The translations under genes were made by a program, and so were the position numbers. The notes below the pieces were generated by a model that worked only from the letters and a program-made list of their open reading frames with translations, had not been told where the DNA came from and did not search any database. From the sequence record PZ379182.1: a stretch of 46,134 nucleotides of DNA, one strand, 5' to 3'. This DNA is from a phage. How positions within the stretch are numbered: the stretch's first letter is position 1; each line of letters starts with the position of its first letter. Positions 1 to 7,808 of the stretch are shown here, piece after piece.

Positions 1-237
1 GTTATCAGAAGTCTTTTTACCGCTTGAACTATCAAGAGTGTCAACCTTAGAGTTCTTCACTTCAGCCTTTGCGCTGGAACTTGAATCAACCTTATTAGTT
101 ATCCCCACTCCAACCTTGTTATTCTCCGCACCTGCTTGAGCGCTAATCTCTGGCCTACTACCAATCAACCCGGTCAGCGCAGATGTTGCCGAGCAACCAG
201 AAAGTATAATTACCGCAGCAATTAACGCAGCCTTCAT
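1..237 (-). CDS. spanin, probable unimolecular (u-spanin-like) outer-membrane lipoprotein; N-terminal part only, truncated by window edge
   Basis: ATG at 235-237 overlaps the endolysin stop (ATGA); translation MKAALIAAVIILSGCSATSAL has a signal peptide with lipobox LSGC; sits last in the holin-endolysin-spanin order. Confidence 0.55.
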   Translation of the reverse strand, partial: MKAALIAAVIILSGCSATSALTGLIGSRPEISAQAGAENNKVGVGITNKVDSSSSAKAEVKNSKVDTLDSSSGKKTSDN

Positions 238-719
238 TTACCCACCCCACTTAAGCATAATTTAATCTCCTCGTTGCGCCTGTTGACGAGGCCTTTAACA
301 ACTTTTAGCTTGCCATTTACTCGAGCTTTATTCCAGGAGGCGAGAGCATTACAACCCTCTTCAATCTTGCCCTGATTAATCAGCCTTACTGCCGTTGACT
401 TCCTCATTGCAGCGCCACCAACGTTGTAGCTAAAGCTGATTAACGCCGCCCTTGTCTGTGGAGAGATTGGGTAAGTTACTGCATCCTGCACATACTTTCC
501 ATGAATCTGGATGTGTTTCTCCAGTAAGTTCCTGCACTCCCTTGCACTGTACTTTTTACCCCACACCACATCAGGACCAGTGATACCTGAACAAACCGTA
601 GGAATGCCTGCAATGTCCATGTAAGGCTTGTATTCCACACCTTCTACTAGCTCAATAATCGGCGCTGCGATGTATATTGCCACAGCCGTCGCTGCACTAA
701 TTACCAGCTTCTGCTTCAT
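234..719 (-). CDS. SAR endolysin (phage lysozyme with N-terminal signal-anchor-release domain)
   Basis: 161-aa ORF; hydrophobic Ala/Ile-rich N-terminus then lysozyme-like core resembling phage 21 R-type SAR endolysins; start overlaps holin stop (TAATG). Confidence 0.85.
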   Translation of the reverse strand: MKQKLVISAATAVAIYIAAPIIELVEGVEYKPYMDIAGIPTVCSGITGPDVVWGKKYSARECRNLLEKHIQIHGKYVQDAVTYPISPQTRAALISFSYNVGGAAMRKSTAVRLINQGKIEEGCNALASWNKARVNGKLKVVKGLVNRRNEEIKLCLSGVGK

Positions 720-934
720 TACTTACTCCTAATATTGATAGCTGTCTTTAAATCTCCTGACTCTAGCGCCTTCCTAATCGCCTGGCTATCCTTAAACTTC
801 CAATAAGCTCCCCACAAACCGAAAACGACTAGAGCTATAAGACTGATTATTGCGATTGTCATTTGACCAGTTGCGGCACCAGTTACAGCAGCGCCGCCGG
901 TTGATGCCGTAGCGGCGTTAATTACTTCCCTCAT
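719..934 (-). CDS. holin (small membrane protein, pinholin-like)
   Basis: ORF 719..982 in track; internal ATG at 934 is preceded by AAAGGTGA RBS giving about 71 aa with two hydrophobic segments; directly upstream of the SAR endolysin. Confidence 0.55.
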   Translation of the reverse strand: MREVINAATASTGGAAVTGAATGQMTIAIISLIALVVFGLWGAYWKFKDSQAIRKALESGDLKTAINIRSK

Positions 935-1008
935 GTGATCACCTTTAAATGCTAATTTGTCAATACATAGTGCAAATATCATACATTAGGCGGTGGCAAA
1001 TTATAAGC

Positions 1009-1034
1009 AAAAAAGGGGAGCCAAAAGGCCCCCC
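1009..1034 (-). terminator. putative intrinsic terminator (imperfect GC hairpin plus T-run on minus strand)
   Basis: GGGGGGCC-TTTT-GGCTCCCC followed by TTTTTT when read on the minus strand. Confidence 0.4.
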
Positions 1035-1060
1035 GCATGCAAATCTATGTTTTTGATGTG

Positions 1061-1234
1061 TTAATCTGCGATAATAAATTCCACCAAAGAGCCATCAATC
1101 GGCGCAAGGATGTGAGTCATATCGTCACCGTAAACTTTGTAGTAACCGTCACCTAGAGACTCTGCGCTGTACGGCTGGTTTTCGGTGAACGGCAGTGTCT
1201 TTGAGTTGTTTTTAACGCAGTATAATTTAGTCAT
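1061..1234 (-). CDS. hypothetical protein (57 aa)
   Basis: ORF below the track size cut-off; AGAGGA RBS before ATG; preceded by a copy of the intergenic cassette. Confidence 0.35.
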   Translation of the reverse strand: MTKLYCVKNNSKTLPFTENQPYSAESLGDGYYKVYGDDMTHILAPIDGSLVEFIIAD

Positions 1235-1239
1235 TTTTG

Positions 1240-1311
1240 AATCCTCTGTTGTTTTCGATGTAGTAATTATGCCGGATTACTCCGGCGATTGTTTAGCAAT
1301 TCGTGCTATTT
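1240..1311 (-). promoter_or_regulatory. intergenic cassette copy (palindromic motif, GC hairpin, CGAAA box) upstream of a small ORF
   Basis: Minus strand AAATAGCACGAATTGCTAAA, then GCCGGAGTAATCCGGC hairpin, then CATAATTACTACATCGAAAAC, RBS, ATG. Confidence 0.6.
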
Positions 1312-1846
1312 ATTACGTGCATTACCAAAGCAGAGGTTCCATCAATATCACCATCTACAACATGAACGTCAATTTCTCTTGCGCAGACACCGCGAATGTA
1401 GGAGCGGCTATCTCCATCAAAAGTATAGCCAGGCCTAAAAAGTCTAATCAAAGTAACTTCAACCCCTGAATCAATGAGAGTATTAATCTCGCTAGCGAAG
1501 CCACCATCAGCACAGATATAGCAACCATCACCAAGTGATTGCGCTAGCCTTTTACCGAAAACATCATCACCAAAGACTGGCTTCATAACTGACTCACTAA
1601 TCCAAATCATAAATTCACGAACCGTCATTCCACCAAGAAATTCATGTGGTGATTCTTTGTACTCTCGGTCATCGTAATTCTTAATAAATTCATCAAACTC
1701 ATCGCTTGATAGTATTCCTTTTGCAACATTAAACATTGGTGACTTGAATGAAACCTTATCCTTGCAAATTCCAAGATTAACAATGATATCTGCAACTGTA
1801 TCTTTTCCAGCACCAGGGGTGCATTAAGGATGATTAACTTTTTCAT
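1293..1846 (-). CDS. P-loop kinase, polynucleotide-kinase-like; reading frame interrupted near the 5' end
   Basis: ATG at 1846 with GGAGA RBS gives MKKLIILNA in one frame; Walker A PGAGKDT and the rest (track ORF 1293..1736) lie in another frame; the shift maps to a CCCC run. Confidence 0.6.
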
Positions 1847-1847
1847 T

Positions 1848-2322
1848 TTATTCTCCGTGAGATTCGCAGTCTTTTGGTAATTCTTTATATTCACAAACTG
1901 ACATTACAGTATATCCGCAATTCCTTAGGTGACTGATAACATTAGGATTATCCTCAAAGATTATCACACTTGCTTTGTCACCATTACACAAATCATTTAG
2001 CCACATCTCTTTAATGATATAGTCATTTGCTGTTATCCAATCTACTCCTCATATATATTCCATCATAATTAATATTATTATACTGAAGCCATTCAAGCGT
2101 CATACATTCGACTTCGTCACTTCTTGAAGTCATGATGTAAACTGGCGATAACTCAGCTAACGCATTCATCATGTTTATCATTGGAATTATCGGTGAATCT
2201 CCAGAACAGGCTCTATTGTAATCACTCCAACTTGAAGTCAAGTGAAGGTCACTAGATGGTAAGAGGTGGCTTCTATGTTCATTGTTAGCAATAGTTCCAT
2301 CAATATCAAACACGTAAATCAT
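1848..2322 (-). CDS. HAD-family phosphatase (Pnk 3'-phosphatase-like); reading frame interrupted
   Basis: Track ORF 2023..2322 has HAD motif I (FDIDGTIA) and motif II (IMTSRS); a C-terminal part with a FEDNP motif continues in another frame to a TAA just before the kinase ATG. Confidence 0.5.
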
Positions 2323-2395
2323 TACAACTCCTCATCTCGTTATCGTTTATTCATTTTGCCTCAATCCTTTGAGGCTTTATTAACAAAAAGTGCTA

Positions 2396-3529
2396 TTACT
2401 TAAACATTTCAGGTCGGCAAGTGAATCGACCAACTTCACCGTACTCTGAGCTATAGATAATTACTGAGGCCTGACGATAAGAGCGATACCCTCCGTTTGC
2501 GCTGTACGCATCTTTAGCACCCAACTGACCGTGTGACTCATCAATTCCAAGATTACCCTCAGTAACCGTCTGATGATGATAATGGCCACTATGTGTATAA
2601 ACGTATTCAGCATTACCAAATGCTTTGCGATGGTCGCGCGCAAGAGTTGAAAGACGAGTGTCAGGCTTTCGCAATTCATGACCATGGCAGTAACCCAACA
2701 ATGTTTTACCAAACTCCGTCACATGAAGAGCGGCTGGTGAGGCATCAACATTTACACGAGGCTCATCCATGTAGAAGGCAGCCATTGCAGCTCGAAGCCA
2801 AATCATCCCAGAAAGGTCGTGGTTGCCTGGTATAATCTGAACCTCAACCTCTTTATGCTTGTCAAGCATCTTACTGACTGCGCGGCGAGTTGCACGAACA
2901 GCTACGTAGACAAGTTTATGATAACGGCTATCTTGATCAAGTACGTGCTTGCTGGTTGGAGTTACAGCTTCCATTCCATCCGAGTGAAGGAAGTCTCCAC
3001 CAATCAGTAATACGGCTTTTGATGAATTCGGGGCCTTAGCAACTGCATAATCAAAGTATTGGTTAAGCACTCGCTCTGCAATTTCTGTACTGTAGTTCTC
3101 CCCACACTCTGCATGGTGAGCCATTGCGCCAATATGCATATCAAACACGGGGTAGAGGCTCAAGGTGTCCTCATAGCTTGATTCACTGAGTGGTTTCGGA
3201 GTCTCTCGAGGGAGCTCATCTGTAAGCGCCTGAACAATCTGCTGAAGCATCTCTTCTTGTTTCTGTTCGTCGATGGAAGTTTTAACCCAGCGCAGCTTCT
3301 CATTACCATCCGCATCAATCATTGTTGAAGTGCCTTTAACAAGATAGCCATCAGGAACTAGCTTCTTGATGCCTTCATTACCATGCCCAACCCCACTCTT
3401 AGCCAACTTGCTACGACGAAGCTCAACGTTTCGAATGTTCATTCCGTACTTCTCTGCAATCGCCTTGTTAGTCAGGCCGTTTTTCAGTTCTTCGATCAAC
3501 TGCTCGTTGGTAATCTTTGCTGCTGCCAT
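2396..3529 (-). CDS. calcineurin-like metallophosphoesterase with N-terminal helix-turn-helix domain
   Basis: 377 aa; motifs DMH, GDFLH, GNHD, GH, GHYHH of the metallophosphoesterase superfamily; N-terminal HTH-like segment. Confidence 0.8.
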   Translation of the reverse strand: MAAAKITNEQLIEELKNGLTNKAIAEKYGMNIRNVELRRSKLAKSGVGHGNEGIKKLVPDGYLVKGTSTMIDADGNEKLRWVKTSIDEQKQEEMLQQIVQALTDELPRETPKPLSESSYEDTLSLYPVFDMHIGAMAHHAECGENYSTEIAERVLNQYFDYAVAKAPNSSKAVLLIGGDFLHSDGMEAVTPTSKHVLDQDSRYHKLVYVAVRATRRAVSKMLDKHKEVEVQIIPGNHDLSGMIWLRAAMAAFYMDEPRVNVDASPAALHVTEFGKTLLGYCHGHELRKPDTRLSTLARDHRKAFGNAEYVYTHSGHYHHQTVTEGNLGIDESHGQLGAKDAYSANGGYRSYRQASVIIYSSEYGEVGRFTCRPEMFK

Positions 3530-3610
3530 TTTTAAGTCCTTAGTTCATCACGATAAAATATAAGATAGTAAAGCTAACCAGTGGTGCTAATGCTACTAGG
3601 GCTACGTACC

Positions 3611-3862
3611 TCATTCAACCTCTTTTAACCAGAAATCCAACAAATCAGCACTAATTGCTAATTTTTGGTCCATGTCTGTCATGCACAGATTACCGCACGC
3701 TGGAGAGTAGTAAATCTGTACCCATTTACCGTCCTTCGTCTTCGCGTTAACATCCACATAGTCAGGTGGAAACCAGTCATCAATAGGTATCGCTCTAAAC
3801 CTGGCTCCGCTACTACCATGCACTAAATCATAATGCTTTGGCTGGAAATCTAATCCAAACAT
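3611..3862 (-). CDS. hypothetical protein
   Basis: 83-aa ORF co-oriented with the leftward operon. Confidence 0.45.
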   Translation of the reverse strand: MFGLDFQPKHYDLVHGSSGARFRAIPIDDWFPPDYVDVNAKTKDGKWVQIYYSPACGNLCMTDMDQKLAISADLLDFWLKEVE

Positions 3863-3880
3863 AATTAACCCTTCGTTATC

Positions 3881-4108
3881 TTAAATTTGAATCCCTGTCT
3901 CTTTCAGGAACTCATTCGTGTTTATCGTGACGCCAGGTTTAACACTGAGATACTTGCGCGGCCTTTCATCCATGTACGTAAACTTACCGTTGAAGATGAC
4001 ACTGATATCTTTTATATCGAAGTACTTAGATATCATCTTAATGTCGTCCTGAATGCCAGCCTCTGCGCAGTGGGCCCAGACTGCGGCCCGTCCTGTTTCA
4101 ACTATCAT
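3881..4108 (-). CDS. hypothetical protein
   Basis: 75-aa ORF co-oriented with neighbours. Confidence 0.4.
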   Translation of the reverse strand: MIVETGRAAVWAHCAEAGIQDDIKMISKYFDIKDISVIFNGKFTYMDERPRKYLSVKPGVTINTNEFLKETGIQI

Positions 4109-4263
4109 AAGCCGTATGCCAATTTCAGGTATTCACGCGCACACATCCAATGACTCATTCTGATTGAAACTCAACTGCATCAACTCAGTATAAATGTTGG
4201 GCAATCCTAAACATCTCCTTATCTACGATTTTCATTATTCAAAATCCTCCGGGCAATCTTTTT

Positions 4264-4458
4264 TCATTTCCGCAATGTCTGCAACCATGCGGTCGCGCCA
4301 TGTTTCGATGTCCGTTCGCAAGTAATCTTCTTCAAAACTGTAATCAAGGCATCCAGGCTAAATCCCATAACATCACCTTTATAACCAGCATTGTGTAGCT
4401 CCTGAACCGCCATCGCCTGAAATAGTTCCCATTGTTTGTCAAATGTTAAAATTGCCAT
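4264..4458 (-). CDS. hypothetical protein; 3' part appears to continue in another frame
   Basis: 64-aa ORF; a protein-like continuation (DYSFEEDYLRTDIETWRDRMVADIAEMKKDCPEDFE) is readable in a second frame downstream to about 4190. Confidence 0.35.
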   Translation of the reverse strand: MAILTFDKQWELFQAMAVQELHNAGYKGDVMGFSLDALITVLKKITCERTSKHGATAWLQTLRK

Positions 4459-4463
4459 TACTC

Positions 4464-4658
4464 TTATACCTCATCAAATTTTTCGCCGAATTCGTTTTTA
4501 ACAGTTTCCAGATCATATCTGTAAGTTGGGCTAACTTCGAATGCATATGTGCAGTCTTCAATGTCAACCAAAACATAACCATCTTCAGTTACTTGCATCT
4601 CGTAGATGTAGCCAGTCTTGCGTGATTCGTAGAATTTACCAGTATAGATAGTAGCCAT
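4464..4658 (-). CDS. hypothetical protein
   Basis: 64-aa ORF; AGAGAGAAAG RBS region; preceded by intergenic cassette copy at 4680-4742. Confidence 0.5.
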   Translation of the reverse strand: MATIYTGKFYESRKTGYIYEMQVTEDGYVLVDIEDCTYAFEVSPTYRYDLETVKNEFGEKFDEV

Positions 4659-4679
4659 TTTCTTTCTCTCTTTGTGTGT

Positions 4680-4742
4680 TTCGTTTCGATGAGTTGATAA
4701 TACACCAACTCACCAATTCGTCTTTAGCAATTCGTGCTATTT
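4680..4742 (-). promoter_or_regulatory. intergenic cassette copy
   Basis: Minus strand AAATAGCACGAATTGCTAAAG ... TATTATCAACTCATCGAAACGAAAC then RBS. Confidence 0.6.
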
Positions 4743-5006
4743 TCTTATCATCTCTGCGAATGCCGCAAGAAAACCCTCTCTTCCATAAGCCACCGCTGCG
4801 AAACCGCCTGATTCCCTTACGCTTTTTAGGAATGACTTTTGCTCATTGCTAACTGGGCTTGCTTGCGTTTTACCAGCCCTCTTTAACTCTATGGCGCCAA
4901 ATGGATAACCGCCACGCAATGACTCAGGTATCAGAAATAAGCAGTCTGACACACCTTTGAGAAGCCCCTTGGCTTGGTCTTTCCTTGCTTGGCCAATGCT
5001 CTTCAT
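4737..5006 (-). CDS. VRR-NUC domain nuclease (PD-(D/E)xK fold)
   Basis: Track ORF 4737..5036 begins at a TTG; first ATG at about 5006; IPESLRGGYPFGAIELK resembles the VRR-NUC core. Confidence 0.6.
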   Translation of the reverse strand: MKSIGQARKDQAKGLLKGVSDCLFLIPESLRGGYPFGAIELKRAGKTQASPVSNEQKSFLKSVRESGGFAAVAYGREGFLAAFAEMIRK

Positions 5007-5159
5007 TGATTCATTAACTCGTGTGCCAATAGACAATCTGAGGGTAATTGATACTTAACCCAGTCAGAGCAAAATATTTGTTCGTCATCTTCCTTTGGGC
5101 ATGACTTTACAGGGCCGCCGTAGAACTCGAGGTAATCAATTTTGTCTGTAATTTTCATG
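4998..5159 (-). CDS. hypothetical small Cys-containing protein (about 53 aa)
   Basis: ORF read by eye (MKITDKIDYLEFYGGPVKSCPKEDDEQIFCSDW...); below track cut-off; coordinates approximate. Confidence 0.25.
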
Positions 5160-5393
5160 TTAATCCTCCATCGTGAATGATTTGTTGGCGATAATGTCTT
5201 GAGACTTCTGGTTTTTACGGTGTGTGATTCTCAATGGGGCACGGAATAGATGTGCATTTGTCATAATCATTCTAGCATTACGCAATCTGCCAATTCTGAA
5301 TGCCTCAGTCCTGTTCTCGATGTGTGTTGAGCAGAAACGCCTTCCATTTAACAGAGCAAACGCGATGGTCTGATTCAGGGAAGAATGTTTCAT
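5160..5393 (-). CDS. hypothetical basic protein
   Basis: 77-aa ORF; start overlaps helicase stop; Arg-rich, could be spurious. Confidence 0.3.
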   Translation of the reverse strand: MKHSSLNQTIAFALLNGRRFCSTHIENRTEAFRIGRLRNARMIMTNAHLFRAPLRITHRKNQKSQDIIANKSFTMED

Positions 5394-7159
5394 AAGCTCG
5401 GAATCTTATCTCCACTATGAGCCATAACCTCATATGAAGCAACAATCCCTGACTGGTTCTTTGTTAACCCAATCTTGAAGTCATAAACTCGCAACCAGTC
5501 CCCCTTACGATACATTTTTCCTGATAACTTAGCATTCGGGTCTATGAGCATCTCACCACAGCATCTGCAATTCTTAGCTGCAATATCATTCTTCTCACCG
5601 CATCCTTTCTTAATGATAGCTTTGGTCTGTGGGTCCGCTATATCTTCACACAGTCTAAACTGAAAGAAGTGCTCACAGCGCTTCCAGTCAATTACGTTAT
5701 TGCAGCGCCTGGCTAATGGAGAGTTCACATAAGAGCATACCTGACAGATTCTTGGCTCATCACCACGCTTTCTTGCTGACCTAAATTTCTGGTCTTGTAC
5801 CTCTTCTATAATTGGGTCGAAGTAAAGTTCAGCCATATCATCAAGCGTTCCAGCAAAATCAAGAACAACATGGTCATCTTTTACCATTCCAGCTTCTTTG
5901 TGCTTCTTCTTAAGGATACGCATACCACGACCAAGCAACTGAATGAGTAGAGTAATGCTACCAACCTTCCTCAGGATAATGCTTGTATCCCACGGGGGGC
6001 AGTTTACGCCAGTTGTGAGGCAACCAATCTGAAATATGAACTTATATTCTCCGTTGGCTGCTTTCTCAAGTATCTCCCTACGCTTTTTCTCACCTGTAGA
6101 GTCAGTAACTATGGCCCAAGTAACACCTTTAGGTAGCGCGCTCAGCCGCTTCAATCACAATGCTGTTTTCCAGCGCAAGTTACCAATGCAGCATTCCTTG
6201 TTTCCATAAACTTAGCAGCAAATCCCATTATCTTTTGTGTCATCGTTTGGTTTTCGTGAATCTTTGCAGCCATCGCATCCATTTCTTTCTTGCTGAAGTC
6301 CTTAACCCCATCACTTCCATCAGGAGTGAACTCACTAAGGTCGTAGCCCAAATCACCAACTTCACCGTAGACAGTAGGAACAACGAACCCCAAGTCAACA
6401 AGGTAGCTGGTTGGCACTTGCATTACAGTTTTGCGCCAGAATCCACGGACATTTGGGTTACTAACTACAATGTGGTCGTTGTTACGGTACGGGCTACCAG
6501 TTAACCCAAAGATACGAAGTTCGCGACCGTACTTCTCCTTGCATCGACGCTTCATTTCGGTAATGATTAACGTGTATTGCGCGCGACCAGTGCCAAGCAA
6601 GCCCGGTATTCACACCATCCTTAAAGACCATCTCACCCTTCTTCGTGCTCATCTGCTCGAATGTTTCCTCATTCTCTTCAGCTTCTACGATATCCATATG
6701 GTCAACCATATGACATTCATCTATCGCAATAACGGCAGGAACATAGTCACCAAGGCCCTTAAACAAGCCGTTAGCAGCTGTGCCCTCACTAGCCACTATG
6801 GTTGGGTAGTAAACTGATTTAACGTTAAGGCCAGCGCAATAGACGCTATTACGGATGCCGAAGTTACGAAGCTCTTCTGAGTTCTGGCTGATTATCTCTG
6901 ACTGGCGAGAAAGAACCATATAAGGAAGCCCAAGCTGCTCCATGCGCTTACCAATCATAGCAAGAATAATTGTCTTACCCGCAGACACCGAGAGGTCTGC
7001 GATAAATGGGGCCTCGTACTTTCCAATAGCCTTTCCGATTGCATCAAATGTCACGCACTGGAACTCGTAAGGTGTTATCTCTCCAAACTGATAATCTTTC
7101 TGAATCTGTTTAATTCTTTCTTTATCGAAATTTGCAACCAGCTTCTCGATAGGCAACAT
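5390..7159 (-). CDS. superfamily-2 DNA helicase (DEAD/DEAH-box type); reading frame interrupted twice
   Basis: Track ORFs 6494..7159 (motif I SVSAGKT, motif II DECH), 6151..6600 (LTGSPYR, motif IV-like ALVTCAGKQH) and 5390..6154 (motif V TTGVNCP, motif VI QLLGRGMR) are consecutive parts of one helicase in different frames; the two downstream track ORFs begin at TTG right after stops in their own frame. Confidence 0.7.
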
Positions 7160-7176
7160 ATCTAAATTCCTATAAA

Positions 7177-7205
7177 AATTGTCTTGTAGCGTTTAATTGA
7201 GTACA
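7177..7205 (+). promoter_or_regulatory. candidate sigma70-type promoter for rightward regulator/primase operon
   Basis: TTGTCT, 17-nt spacer, TACAAT about 55 nt upstream of the 7261 ATG. Confidence 0.35.
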
Positions 7206-7260
7206 ATACTACCATCAAATCGGAATGACTTTTAACAAAAAATGCTATTGAGGTAATGAA

Positions 7261-7743
7261 ATGAGCGCAATTGACAAGCGAACCATTAACGGTAACAACG
7301 GAACAGTCCGCACCGAAGACAAAAAGCAACGGAAACGACCTTCAGGTTACTACGTTTTAAAAGATGAAGTAAGAGCCGGACTACGCGCACGGCTTGAGAT
7401 GATCCTTGATTTCTTCGGCACAAAGGCAAATATCGCAAAGCAGTTAAAGGTGACACCTCAGGCTGTAGAAGAATGGTTTAAGCGTGGGATGATTTCTGCG
7501 CGTGGCGCTCAGTTGTCGCACAACTACTATAAGCGAAATGGAGAAGGTTTTCGCGCTACATTCTGCCGACCAGATCTGCAATTCGACGGTAACGGGAAAC
7601 CGCTAACTCTACGTTGCAAGAAGCGTCATATGCTGCGTGTTGTTACTGAGGCTGAGCTAGCAACTAAACCAGAGTGTCGCTCATGGCGCAAGATTAAGGC
7701 CGCTAACGAAGCAGCACGAAAAGATAAAGAGCAAGGGAAATAG
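7261..7743 (+). CDS. helix-turn-helix DNA-binding protein (Cro/YdaS-like putative transcriptional regulator)
   Basis: 160 aa; segment TKANIAKQLKVTPQAVEEWFKRG typical of a Cro/CI-type HTH. Confidence 0.6.
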   Translation: MSAIDKRTINGNNGTVRTEDKKQRKRPSGYYVLKDEVRAGLRARLEMILDFFGTKANIAKQLKVTPQAVEEWFKRGMISARGAQLSHNYYKRNGEGFRATFCRPDLQFDGNGKPLTLRCKKRHMLRVVTEAELATKPECRSWRKIKAANEAARKDKEQGK

Positions 7744-7808
7744 CACGAATTGATAAACAGTGGCGCTATACATTGTGTATAGTGCCTTTATTGTTTATGG
7801 AGGTAACT

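Noticed and set aside
996-1008. TATAAT-like hexamer on the minus strand right after the terminator at 1009-1034
   Set aside because: No acceptable -35 at 16-18 nt spacing (the upstream sequence is the terminator T-run); not called as a promoter
2461-2835. Track ORFs 2461..2712 (-) and 2593..2835 (+) inside the metallophosphoesterase gene
   Set aside because: They lie within or antisense to a long motif-bearing ORF and have no RBS or recognisable motifs; treated as spurious
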